Positions 45,232-58,050 of a DNA stretch of 64,000 nucleotides are shown here, piece after piece. Made by a program: the position numbers and the translations under genes. Each line of letters begins with the position of its first letter. Within the stretch, counting starts at the first letter, position 1. Source of the DNA: Orbicella franksi (Eukaryota); contig OZ116700.1 in assembly GCA_964199315.1 (NCBI GenBank), positions 16,864,001-16,928,000 of the forward strand, written 5' to 3'. Below the pieces are notes generated by a model. The model was not told the DNA's origin. It saw only the letters and a program-made list of their open reading frames with translations, and searched no databases.

Positions 45232-48200
45232 ATGGTAAGAAGTGAGATGTGTATTGTTTTCAGATTAGCCAAAGGTGTTAGAACTCCAAGGTATTAAAAA
45301 CAGTACTTTTCCCTTCGTTTAGCAAATGTTTTTGCGGATTTACATAAGATCGAAGAGAGCTTTCGCTAAGATCCGCGTCAAAACTACACTTTTGTTCGAT
45401 GAAACCTCAACAAATTCAATCTACTGCCCATGAAAAGAGAAATTCAATGCGTTTACAGGCCGCTAATGCTACAAGTTAATGGACTATTTGAACAATAGAG
45501 CGAAACAGGTGATTCTAGCGGGATCTTTTTCTGATAATGGTTTTAAACAATTCTTCCTGGCGGGACCTTTGTGATGAGATGGAACCGAGGTTATCAAAGT
45601 ACTTGTTTTCCTGTACAAAAGCTCTTGCCACTGAAATGACTTGGAAAGGACTTGGAAATTGTCATTGGTTTTAATTAAAAATATTGAATAGGTTAGTTCA
45701 GCTGGAAATGGTGGTCTATTCTTAAAATGTGGTGGGCAGGACAGTCTGTCAACATGACAATTTTACAGCTAGTGTTTCAATCAATCAATCAGTGTTTCTT
45801 TATAATATAAGAACTAATGAAAATGCATGGTTTACGAATCAAAAGGTTGTTCGGTGTGGAAAATAATGATGAAAGTTGTAGTCCATTTGTGGATTTTTGC
45901 AATGGCCTCCCCAGGACAGAATCAACTGGTCATTACAGGGAAGTGGCTACACTGCCAAAGCAATAAATTAACTAAAAGTGTATGGATTCATGTGTGATCA
46001 TGTAAAAAATTCCTAGCTTTTGTATGTGTTTTTTTCTTTAGATCTCCCTATGTCAACATTACTTTTCACCCTAAGGCAATCCGGGCAGTTTCCAGCAATA
46101 TTTCTTTAGATAGTGAGTTTTCATGACAACTAATGGATCTATTAAGTATACCATTTTTCAATATATTAACCTATTTTAAAGGCCCATTTCTTCAATGGAC
46201 CTTAATGTATAGTCTATTTTCTGGTTCCAAGACATTGTGCTATAAATGTGTAAAACTTTGGTGAATCAACATGTCTCTTCAGGATATATAGCTTAAAATC
46301 TTCCATAGTAAATAGTTATTCATTAAACAGGAAGCAAGAAATCTCATCTTGCGGTTTACTGCCTGTCATTTTTGGCCTCATAACACTTGATTTCACTATC
46401 AACCAAGAAACAACTTTTCTTTTGTACATGTAAATTATCTCCAAATCTAATGCATTATAATTATGTGGTATTTTAAAAGGGTACATTAGCTTTGTAGTTT
46501 TCTATTGGAAGTTTCTAACAAGGGGCTTTACCATCTTAATTCCTAAAAGCTGACTTCCATTTATGTAACATCTCATTAAATGTGTTATTTCTAATGAGGT
46601 TCTGAATGTTTGGTATTTTTTTCTTACGGCTGACATTTTAAATCTGTTTTTTGTGTCTTATTCTGATGTACCATTATTTAATTCAGGTCAACTGTCTTCC
46701 AAATCAGCTAAATTTAATTTTTTAGAATTCTAGAATACATGCTATTTTTACAACATTTTGCAGCAAATAAAACTATCTACCGGTAACTTTTTTTTCCCGT
46801 GAACTTTTTCAATGTTATAATTTTCACTGGTTTGTGATCTATAAGTGAAGATTGAAATATTTTTTTCTTTCAGTTGCATTCTGCTTCATTTAAAATTATG
46901 CCAGAATTTTTCAAATAATTTATACTTGTTTTGAACTGGCATGGACTCTATGATCCTCAAGACTGAACAAAGTGTAACAATACAAAACATGCATTAACTT
47001 CATCCTGAAGAAGCATACCCCAGGACCATTATCAGAATGATATCTCATAATGACTTATTTCCACATTGTTACTTCTGGACATTAGTGATCTCTTAAGTAC
47101 AACCTAGAATGTGAGGTCAGTTGAAAAGTGAATAATCGTGCCTTTGAAACAGTCACTCAATTTAAGAGATAATAAATTCTCAACCCTTAAACTATCCCAG
47201 GTGTAAAATGATTTCTTTTGTTGTGAAATCAGCAATTTTCATATGCTTTTGTGCACAGCAGTGGGGTGTCATAAGATTTTTCCCTTTTGTATGGGGAAAC
47301 ACCTAAGTAACATATTTGTATGAAGTATGGTACCCATTTGTAAAAGTTGGTGGAGAGAGGCACTGTGAGAGGAGAGTATCTTTCCCAAGGACACATCACA
47401 ATGTCCCAGCCAGGTCTTAAACCTGGACTACTTAATCTGGAGTTGAGCGCACTAACCATGAGGTCACTGCAAAAAGAAAAACCTGTGTTTCAGTGTCGGC
47501 AACTAATTTGATAATGTTGACATATAAGAACATACATCATATAGGATTGTTATATTGAGAAATTATGATCACATTTCTGTTGTCTTTATTTTAGGGGGCA
47601 GGAGCTTCAGTTGCGAATGAGGATGAAATAAGAGAGTCGGAATCAAATTCAAACTGTATGTACTTGTGACTAATTCTAGGCTTTAAACAGTGTACTAGCC
47701 AATATGCAGCCAGCTAATATGCAGAATAAATTAATACCTTTTTCTGATTGACTTACTAAAGGATTGTGTAAATGTTAAAAATAATAATGAAAATGAATTT
47801 AAGACTTAATGTTCAAGAAACTGCACTCACTATGATTGATTACCGAGAGATCATTACATCTCCATAAAGCACAAAGCCTATATACCTGTACATCTTGTAC
47901 AAACTACATGGAAGAGCAATGTATTCCACCCAAGTTTGTGTATATAAGATTTCTTGATTATGTTACACACTAAGTTGTCTAATTATATGCTTCTTGTACA
48001 TTATTGATTTATATAAATAGAGCACTTGGCAACTTTTAAGAACACTCAAGAAGCGTAAAATTTTAAGTACTTGGCTATTCCTCAAGTAATTTGAGCTTGA
48101 GCATGGGAAAGGTGCTTAAGGGATGGTGGAGCCAGGTGAGATACGAGTGTTGAGCAGAGCATGCAGATATCCATGGCAAACCTGAATGTGGCAACAAGCT

Positions 48201-51200
48201 GCTTAGAGGGGCAAAGGGCCCACAAACAGGGGAGGGGAGCAGTAGATCGCCAGCAACTCCCAACATTCCCAAGCGTCTTCCAGCTCAACCAAAGGAGCCT
48301 GCACATCACAGATGACAGACAAACACATTTAAAAAGGAAAGCCTGTTACTTAACCAACTGTCTTATAAGCCCAGTGGTACTTAACACCCGTTTCTATGGA
48401 AAGACATACTGGTCCAGTACAATTTTCACCATTCCGTCAGGTTTCCCTGACAATTCGCTGGGAATTGTATATTTCCTTGAATGGAAAGTGGCCTTGTCAG
48501 AGTACAGTGCCTTACCCAGCCTAAGAACATAATGCAGTGACCCCTTCAGAACTCAAATTCAGATTGGGGTCAGCACACTCTAATCATTAGGCCACTCACC
48601 TCACCCAAACTTACTTTCTGACAGAAGGGGGACATTGGGGGGGGTTTGAATGCTGCAATACCACAAAAAAAATCGGCAAATACTGCAATATCGCAAAAAA
48701 AAAAAGAATTGCTAAATACTACAGTACTTCAATATCGAGTGGAAACTCAATGTCACACCGAAACCAATACTCTGTATGTTAAGTTAAGAGCTGATAACAG
48801 GGAAATAACAACTAAGAATTTGTTAATGAAAGTTAAGACGATTTCTGCAGAACATTCAAGCAATAATGGCAAAAATTACATGTAAGTTACCAAAAAGACC
48901 TCATGGCATGGTAGTATTTTGAATACAGCTAAGAAGAACATATCGAAACTTAAGCTCTCAAGCTGACTCCACGAGAGAAAATTGAACTTGTAGTTAGCCA
49001 TATTTCAATGAAAACAGACGTTTTGCATTAGTTAAAAACACAATAACACACGCTTTAACCATTCTTAAGAGGTTTGACATTAACTTTTTTGAGAATGCTT
49101 GAGAATTTAATTGCGGGGTCACTTAGAGAAATGAACTAAAGTGAGTTGTTTTAAATAGTATGCCAAATGTTACCGTGCAGTGAGTGGATTTTTAGTGAAT
49201 AGTTTTTGTACTTATTGCTTGAACTTTGAGCGGAATCTGTCTTAATTTTCAATTTAGACAAAATAAACAAAATAAGTGACATCCACCGGTGTGTTGGCTA
49301 ATAAATAACAAAAAATAACTTACCCTTTTCAGATTGCCACACAAGGAATTGCAGTTTACCATTACCATGAGAGTTAGGTTTCATTGGGAATGTCCAATCG
49401 GAAATTGGAAAAGTCTCGGAAAATGTTGTAGGACTTGGAGGATAATTTTAATTACCATCTAAAATGCTAAAAAACTGCATCCTGCAGGTTCAGAGAATAC
49501 CACAATACCACACACAAATACCACAAAAGAAATTGTCCAGTACCATAATACTGCAAACCCCAGTGTATGTCCCCTTCTGACAGTAAATCTCTGCCTGAAA
49601 TCTCTTTTGTTGTAGTCACTGCAAAAGAAATACCCAAGCTGTTGAAGAGGTTTGCATACTATGATCCAGGGGGCAGAAATGGTGGCATAACACTTAAACA
49701 GTTCCTGGACATACCAGAGATATCTACAAATCCAATTATGCCTAAAGTGGCCTCTGCTTATCTTGAAAGAAGGACAAACAGGTTAACGTCTGAGTCATTC
49801 ATCAGCATCCTTTCTAGATTGAGTCCACGCAACTCACTGGATGACAAGAAACAATGTGAGTATTGCAAGGAGTATGTTGTAGGTCAATTTGTTCTTAAGG
49901 TCAGAATGATTTCAACCTAGATTGATTTTTTTCCTCCTAGGTTAAATTCAAACCGGTTTAACTTTTTGGGGGGTCTTAAAAAGAATAACATGCCCACCAT
50001 CCACCCCCTCAGTTTTATAACCCTACCCTATCCTGCCAGGATCCCATATCAACCCCCCCTAACCCTAACCTCCCAGATCACTTTTTTATAATTATTCTCA
50101 CCTAGATTTGAAAACCTGATCTCTGACTAATGCAGTCCACTTACATCTCCACTAAGCCATGCAAGCAATCATTGCAAATTTGCCCAAAAAAGGTATTGGT
50201 CCTGGACTCCCCCTTCTCCTTTGACACAAATTAACCTATGTTGAAATCATTCTGACCTAAAGAACAAATCGACCTTGACTGAAAAAAGGCATGTCAATTC
50301 CCTTCCCGGAAGGGTTTTGGAGTTCGCTTCCCAGTACTTCATAATCTGACTTTCCCAAAAATTTGCTGACAGTCCCCTCCATTTAGGTCATCTTGAAAGT
50401 AAAATGCCTTGCCTTATGAGAATATGAGGGCTACTCAAGGAATCACCATGATTACCAGACGTCCTGAATTTTGTTATTTAATATGATGTTCTTGACTGAA
50501 AGAAGGTATTGCTGAAACATGGGAAAATTTATTGATGAAGTGTTTCAGACAATAAAGATAGCTAAAGAAAGGCACAATAGTATTTAATTATCACAAGAGA
50601 AAATCTCTTACTTGAAAAGAAAATGTGTTATAAACTGCCAGTGAATATCCTCCAAGGATCTTATATCAGGTTAGATCTTTTTGAGAATCTTAAACAAGAT
50701 CCTCAAATTTCCTGGTCAAGAATCTTAAGGATCTTAAAGGATCTCTAAAATTCTTGCCAGGATCGATATCTTCGAAGATCTTTACCAAGATCTTTAATGA
50801 TCTTGAAGGATCTTCAAAGATTTGTCAGAAGGTCTTGCCAAGACCTTTGAAGATATTGGAGGAAACTTGCAAAGATCTCTAGAAGATCAAATAAAATTTA
50901 TTTCTTAATGGCTTAATTTCCATATCCTAATATTTTACTATTTTCATTCCTTTATCTTATAAATTGAATTGAATTGAATTATCTTTGCAAGATCTTTCAA
51001 AATCTTTTTTTTTTTTGTTAAAGAACTTTGAAAATCCTTATCTTCTTGAAGGATCTTTTAGTAGATCCTGTTAGCCTTTTCACCAGCCAGCTGAGTGTCC
51101 ATGTACACCTCATGTCTACTTTAATCCATCTTACAGTTGTACTGTTTTCTTTTTTCATAGTTGCATTTCAGTTGCTAGACACTGATAATGATGGGTACTT

Positions 51201-52762
51201 GTCACACAGCGAATTGTTCAGCTTGTTCAGAATGGTAACTGGCCCTACATTAACAGATGACCACGTTTTGGGAATTATAACAAGCATTTTGAGTAGGAGT
51301 GACCTGCAGCAACCTACAAGGTTGACATTTGAAGAATTCACAAATGTAAGTCATGGATCAGTATTTTTAACTGTTGAATAGTNNNNNNNNNNNNNNNNNN
51401 NNNNNNNNNNNNNNNNNNNNNNNNNNNNNNNNNNNNNNNNNNNNNNNNNNNNNNNNNNNNNNNNNNNNNNNNNNNNNNNNNNNNNNNNNNNNNNNNNNNN
51501 NNNNNNNNNNNNNNNNNNNNNNNNNNNNNATAGCTGCATCAATAAGGACCTTAAGGACGTTCGTGTGAAAATTTTCCAGTCAAAAGTTTTTTCTTAATTT
51601 TTTACAGCGGTCAGATAATGAGTTACTTGTGTCAGAAATGCAAAAAGAAATGGGGGGTCACCATCTTTGTTTCTGAGATAAAGCATGTGGAAAACTACCC
51701 TGATTTTGGAAAATTGGCGCACGTAATACGGCATTGTCTACAGAGGTTTATAGTTAAAAATATCAAAGGTGAGTCAGCAGAGGCAAATGATCTTAGTCAT
51801 ACCGGTATTTTGTAGAAGTGGGTCTGTTGCGTAAATAATTCCAAATTTTACCAGTGTTTTCACAAAACTTAATCCTCCAAGAGGCATTTGAAACCATCGC
51901 ACAGATAAACAAAGAGGTAGAAAAAATGGAATTTGATGGCCAGTGGATTTTGCAAGAACTTCAAACTTCTGGTTGGTAAATTTTATTCATTTTTTCACGA
52001 AATGTAGAAAATCAGTAGAGAAAATGATCCATCAAAAGAAAAATAGGGGTCTCTGAATGTCCAAGATTGTTAAATTCAGGCAAAGCTATAGCAATAGCCA
52101 TCTGCCCTATCATTGTTTATTTTATTACCTAGCACGTGCTCTCGTGCATGATGTGGCGAATGAATTTGTGTGTGCAGTAAGAATGCGCAGAAACAATTAG
52201 CATGCACATGCTTAAGATCCAACAACGGCAACGCCAAGGACAATGTCAATTAAAAATGAATTTATATTTTACCTACGAATCTCACGATACTCTAAAGTCA
52301 TTTACTTTGTTAATCACTATCAAAACTATCATGAAACTGAATCTGGGACACAGTGATAAATTTGAAATAGAAATTTGAAACATTAGCAATCGTGCTTTGC
52401 ATGCCCCACACAATGCAGAATTTGGTCATTTCACATTGTTTTCCAGATGATGGCAAAGAAATGTACCAAGGATAATGATGCATGTGCTGACACAGCCATT
52501 GTTTTGCTCATTAAACCTCTTGATTAGTGACATTCCTGTTTCCATTGCCATCATTACAGAGGAAAGCTTGTGTCTAGCTAAAGGACATCTGTGTGGGTAG
52601 TTTATTAATAGTCAGCTTCTGGTTGTGTTTTAAGTGAAAGAATTATTTAACTATCAGTAAATGTTATGGCTGTAATATACTGGCTTCATTTCAATTTTGT
52701 GCTAGATTGTCTCTGATGAGGAGATAGAAGAACTGTTTACTGTGGAATTGCAACTTCCATAA
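45232..52762 (+). CDS. Calcineurin B / CHP-like myristoylated EF-hand protein (181 aa)
   Basis: Exons 45232-45234 (ATG only), 47595-47655, 49616-49855, 51161-51345, 52706-52762 (546 nt, in phase). MGAGAS myristoylation motif; F..KEI.KL.KRF, F..IPEI..NPI, FAFQLLDTDNDGYLSHSEL, LTFEEF. The last exon is inferred across an assembly gap. Confidence 0.85.
48620..49581. mobile_element. ~960-bp MITE-like element with imperfect TIRs
   Basis: CAGAAGGGGGACATTGGGGGGGTTTG ... CAAACCCCAGTGTATGTCCCCTTCTG, with AATACCACA subterminal repeats. Confidence 0.55.
50650..51065. repeat. Degenerate AAGATCTT-rich minisatellite-like tract
   Basis: Many GATCT/AAGATC motifs at irregular ~8-12 bp spacing. Confidence 0.7.
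51383..51529. other. Assembly gap (147 N)
   Basis: Run of n. Confidence 1.
51555..52211. mobile_element. Degenerate TTAA-flanked non-autonomous element (Kolobok-like)
   Basis: TTAA|GGACGTTCGTG ... CATGCACATGC|TTAA, imperfect TIRs. Confidence 0.45.
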
Positions 52763-53176
52763 TCAAATGGTTGATGTGGTGCAACTGGTTACACCCCAGA
52801 GAACACCTTTGTAACTGCCATGACATTGTGGGCTTCATAGGACGAAAGACTTGTGATGACAAACAGCTGAAAAAGAGAGAAACCAGGTATGGCCCAAGAC
52901 ATGAACAACAGGAACGACAGTGTTCGTGAAGCCTTGTGTATACTCCGACATGATGCAGACAGGCATATGTAAGAACAGGTTGGAAGATGTTGTCATTCTC
53001 ACTGCTTGCGGATCCCAGCGTCACAATAGCACAAAGACTGAACACTTTGATAGACATATAACATTACATTAATTTTGAGAAATGGCAAAGTAACATTAAG
53101 TAGCTTGTTTGTTTTCTATGGTTGGTAGTGAAGGCAGTATTGGTGTCCCAACTATTTTCTAATTTGTCAAATTGAT

Positions 53177-53672
53177 GTAAGGGTAAAGTCTGCATTCGAA
53201 CCAAGTGGCCCATCAGGCTGGCCCTTATCTCCAGTTTCAATAGCATGAGGCAACTAAGAGTATTTCTACTCCCCACTGGATTGATGCTAGTCCATCGCAG
53301 GGTTACCAGCATTAAATTTGCCAGTGCCCATTTATACACCTGGGCCAGGTTGTTCAAAAGCTGGTTAACGCCAACCCAGGATTAAAAGTTAACCGAGATA
53401 TTAATTTTTGTTGTATGAAAATGTTTCTCAGTGCTTATGTTTTGCATAGTTTGATATTATTCAAAGTCAAAACTGAAGGGCAAACAATGTGAACAGAAAA
53501 CCTTACAGGGTTAGCCTAATCGGGCTTTGAACAACCCGGCCCTGGGTGGAAAGAGACTATGTGAGAGTAAAGTATCTTGCCCAAGAACACAACACAATTT
53601 CCACAGCCAGGGCTCGACCCAGACTGTTTGATCCGGAGGAGAGTGCACTAACTATGAGACCACCCTGCCTCC
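53177..53672 (-). mobile_element. tRNA-derived SINE (reverse) interrupted by a MITE
   Basis: Same family as 28791-29474; the two halves rejoin at CCCATTTATACAC-CTG-GGTGG. Confidence 0.75.
53343..53541. mobile_element. 199-bp Harbinger-type MITE with 3-bp TSD
   Basis: TIRs GGCCAGGTTGTTCAAAAG / CTTTGAACAACCCGGCC; CTG duplicated at 53340-53342 and 53542-53544. Confidence 0.8.
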
Positions 53673-54625
53673 ACTAGCAAAATTGAAAAGCCTCCAAAAT
53701 AGTGGGAAATTAAGTGGCAAATAAAGAGGGTGTTAAAAGGATGGGGTCAAAGGGAAGATTACCGCATCCTTGCCGTAGAATGAATTTTGGGGGAAGGGGG
53801 CTAAGGAAACGTGGACCAATTCCCAGGGAGAGTACAGAGTTAATAGCCATCTGGAGAGGAGTGGACTGCCCTTGGCAGAATGGCCCCTTGCTCCCTGACT
53901 ATTATGCTTGGAGAAAGAAATCCAATTTAACAAAGGTGTTGCCAAGATAATATTTGATGTAATTTCAGCATCAGAGATGCCTGTGTTCAGGTTACAATAA
54001 AGTGAGTCTTCTATTCCTGTTAACTACAACTCTGTTTTACTCAGTAATAACGATAATAACAATTCCTACAAAACAGGACTCTCAAGCTGGCTAAATCCAC
54101 AATTGTTCAGGAATTATTCCTGAACAATAGCATTATTCTCACATTGTGCTAACATAATCTATATTAGCTCACACAAGAGTGCAACAGACTAGATGGTACT
54201 GGTCTTTGTGAAAAGTGACCAAGATACAATGTGTTATTGTAACACTGCAATAGTCAGCTTCATGTTTGAAACATGCAACCATCTCTTCTATAATTTGTAT
54301 ATCTTATAGACCCAAAAAGATTGCATTGGTAGCGACAGGGTGCTAAAGGAAAAAAGGAACTCTAGATTAATGTTTCATGTAAAACAAAAGAACCAGTTTG
54401 TGTTTGTAAGCTGTTTGTTTTATTCAGATTGTTCACAGCCCCTCAAGCTGAAACCGCAGGTGCCAGTTGCCAAACTTGGACTGACAAAATGTCTGAGGCA
54501 CTGAGAACAATGGGAAGAGCAGTGCAAGGACTATGTACCACCACAAAGGACTTTGATGAAGTCTACACTTCTAGTTGCTTCATGCAACAGAAAGAGAAAG
54601 AGAACAGAATTTAATTTATTTTAAC

Positions 54626-57301
54626 TTAAAGAGAACACTCTTCACCATGCTTCACTTTGTCAATCAAATTTCCCAGTGTCCTTGTTATAAACTGAAGACT
54701 ACCCACATCAGAGAGTCTATGACCTCCATCTTTGATGAGTGTCACACAAACATCATTACTTTCGAGCTGGTTTACCAGATCAAGTGAAACCTGGTATGGT
54801 ACATCACTGTCTTTCATGCCATGGATGAGACACACAGGGCAATGGATGGGGTATAATTCATTCTCTTTTAAAATGTGCTGCCGTGCCTCTTTGATAACCT
54901 TTAAATCTAACACATATGGTTCTTCACTGTGCTCTGTAGGTATGATCCATTTTCCTGTGGACTCTACCTCTGTCTTTATAGCATCAGGGAGATTGTTGTA
55001 ACGACGTGACAAAAAGTCCACAGCACTAGCTATCCCAACCAGACCCTTTATCTGGTCAGGTTTTGTCATGGCAACCAGAAGCATGATCCACCCTCCGAGA
55101 CTTGAGCCAACCAGGATTTGTGGACCTAGAAATGTAACACAGTAAAGGCATCTGTCAAGAATTCAGTCTAACATTTGTCAAGAGTTCAGTAAAAATAATC
55201 ATGCTTTAAACAAGAAGCTTGCAGTTTATGGATAAAATTGTGTTGTTTAAGATGGACTCCTTTTGTTAAAGGAAATAAAGTTTTAATTGTTATTATGTTA
55301 AAAAAGATTGCATATTTCACAGTGTGACAATCATAACCAAACTGGCATTAAGTTTTTAACCCACTGTTAATGTCACTTCTGAAAGGTCAATTGCTGTCAT
55401 ATACTGTGTATGATAACTTTTTAATACTAGTACATAACGTTTAGTGATCTAGCTGCTTTAAAAATAGGAAAGTACCCAAAACTGATGTACAGTTAGATTG
55501 ATGACTGTGGCTCCCTGCAAAATAAAATTTCAAAATTATAGGCATGATCAAATCCAGCATGTCTTCAGGAATCAGAAGTAATTATTGTTGCAAGATTTAC
55601 ATGAGTGATGTAATGATTTTGCTGGTCTAGACGTTTGTTTTTTGCAATGTGAACTTTCAGAACTTGAAGTATTTCTATTCCTACTCGTTTTATGGAATGC
55701 TGGTACACTACTGGGTTACCCAGCATTTTATTCAATGCTGCCCATTTATACACCTGGGTGGAGAGAAAAACTATTTTTGCCCAGGAACACAATGCAACGC
55801 CTAGACTGGGACCCTGATCCAAAGACAGTTTACTAACCACTACTCCACTGTCATGGCCTTCCACCAGGGAGAGGGGGTCAAGAGGTCATCCTCGATTAAA
55901 CACCTTAATATGAATCTTAGCACCCTTCACACATCTGTTCACTAGGTGCAATCTAGCAGTCAGTAGTTTTTTTTTATAGATCTACGAATGGGTGAAATAT
56001 CTGTCGCAAGGAGGGTGCACACCTTGTGCATCAACGTGTCCATGCCACACCAGCTTGTATCCATAGCTGGATGGAGGCTTGTCATCAGGCTGACATGCCA
56101 AAGTAGACATTGCGTCTAAACTGTTTGTGAGTTGGGTGTGCAGATGAGCTAGAAAATTATGCAACCAAGGGAATTAAGCCTATAGGTATAGATCAAAACT
56201 ATTTTATTACCCTTTTCCAGTGCTACATGCCTTACTGTTGCCACCTAGGAAAGTTTTTGTCAGTTTTCGACAACTTCTGATGGCCAATCAAACTGTGACA
56301 ACTTGCCAGTGTTTTCAAACATTTGCAGGTTGAGACTTTTGAAATTCACAAAAGAGTGACTAAAGAATTTGACAATTCAACATCTACACCCTCAACAGTT
56401 TGGCAACTTCCCATCCTTAGATTGGCTGCTTCAAATAGAAGCCAGGAAAAAGTTGTCAAAAAGGTGACAAAATTATTAAATCAAAAACTTTCTGAAGTAA
56501 AATTTCCAAAGGTGATCATTAGGTGTTGATAAAAATAAAGTGTGATGCTGTGAACAGAAAGCTTGTAAAATAGTGATAGCTTCACCATAACTGGAATGAG
56601 AGATGGTTAGATATACCCACTAATCTGAAATTTGGGGAAAGGGAATAGAGGGGGTGGTGGTAGCCTGCATAGCAGGCGTTCATATTTCTAAAAGCACGCA
56701 AAGGGAACGAATTTTAAAAACTGTAGTCAAGTGCAAAAAGAAAAGGAGCAGTAGGGGAGGTGGGGGGTAACAAAAATGAATCCTTTCCTCCCCTTACCCT
56801 TTTTCCTTTATATTTTTGCTCACCCCTCCCCACTTCTTCCCAGTTTTTGCTCACCCCAGGCGCACGTTCGTTTGCTTACTCGCTTGTATCTCCACAACAG
56901 ACCCTTGAAAGTCCGAGAGATCGAGGGAGGGCGGGGAGAATTCGGAAGCCATGCAGCTTACCTTTTGCTACTTTGTCAAGAATTGCGAGTACATCAGCTT
57001 TCCTCATTCCAACTGTACATTCTTGGCTTCTTCCACTAGACATGCCATGACCCCTGTAGTCGAATCTCACGTATGATTGTCCAGTGCTTCTACAGTAACG
57101 TTCTAGTGCCAGCGCTTTCGTACCCTCCATGCTGGACATCAGCCCCGGCAAAAAAATAACCCCTGGAGATTTTCCCGGTAAGTGTCGATATGCTACAAAT
57201 TCCCCAGGAGCTGGGGATATATACTGAACTACTGACTCAACTGAAGAACTCATTCTTTTAAAACAAATGGCTGATACGCGAGCTAAAAGAAAGTTCCTCA
57301 T
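54626..57301 (-). CDS. ABHD10: ABHD10 alpha/beta hydrolase (palmitoyl-protein thioesterase / acyl-glucuronide esterase, mitochondrial; 279 aa)
   Basis: Exons 56962-57301 and 54626-55125 (840 nt). Arg/Ser-rich leader MRNFLLARVSAICFKRMSSS; GKSPGVIFLPG..S.M.GTKALALE, RFDYRGHG, GPQILVGSSLGGW (nucleophile), HGMKDSDVP, GGHRLS. Confidence 0.94.
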
Positions 57302-58050
57302 CTCGCCATTCCAGCAGGTCAATCACCCCTTACATTTAATTTCTGCAAAAACGAATATTGTCTTCCACCACTGGTTCCCAGGGTCTCTCATCTCGCCTCT
57401 CCTCTCTCGCTCCAGGGCCTAGCGGAGACTACATTGGCGGAAAGATGAGGGACCCTGGGAATGAGGTTGATTCCAACACGGGCCGTCGGATTCCACCGTC
57501 GGAGAAGCGCCGCCGCCACAGGGGCCGCTAACTCTTCGGATATACCAGGATTTACAAATTTTATAGTTAGGGACGTACCAATTTTTTTTTTTTGAAAGCG
57601 GTGGCGGGGTGGGGGGCCGGGGGGAGCAATTTTCTGGGGTATGAGTCTCCTTCGCAGCCGTTTTCTCCCGTTGGGTGGCACAAGAGAAAATGAACATCCC
57701 GAAAAACGGCCGCAAAGCTGAAGGAGTTTGTTTGTGCATGAATTTTTTTGTGGGCAATAGCGTGTACAATAATATTTTTAACATCAATAACAGAACCTGA
57801 ATAGTAGAAATCACTACTTTTTGCTGGGCAGGAATTGGGTTTTTTTTTGTTTTTTTTTTGGAAATTGCCCAACCACGCGCCCTCAAAAAGATAATGGTCC
57901 GTCTCTTATCTGTTCTTTGGTGAAACAGATCCTGCTGATGACAAGCACTTCTTTCAATAAACCCTCGTCAAGCCAATCATAAATACCAGGCGCCTTGGGT
58001 ATACTGTGTCAGCGGCATTACTCATTATGGCGGCGTAAAGTTCTTCAAAG

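Noticed and set aside
50650-51065. CRISPR-like array
   Set aside because: No constant repeat with unique spacers; eukaryotic context.
51351-51568. ORFs spanning the N run
   Set aside because: Artefacts of the assembly gap.
52841-54614. Phase-compatible exon pair 52841-52886 and 54428-54614 (RKTCDDKQLKKRET-RLFTAPQ...ENRI*)
   Set aside because: No upstream coding connection or ATG found and no family similarity; could be 3'UTR splicing or chance.
57388-57886. Three overlapping 97-155 aa minus ORFs between ABHD10 and MAN1A
   Set aside because: Built from a MITE, poly-A/T and G/C runs in the GC-rich promoter interval; low-complexity translations.
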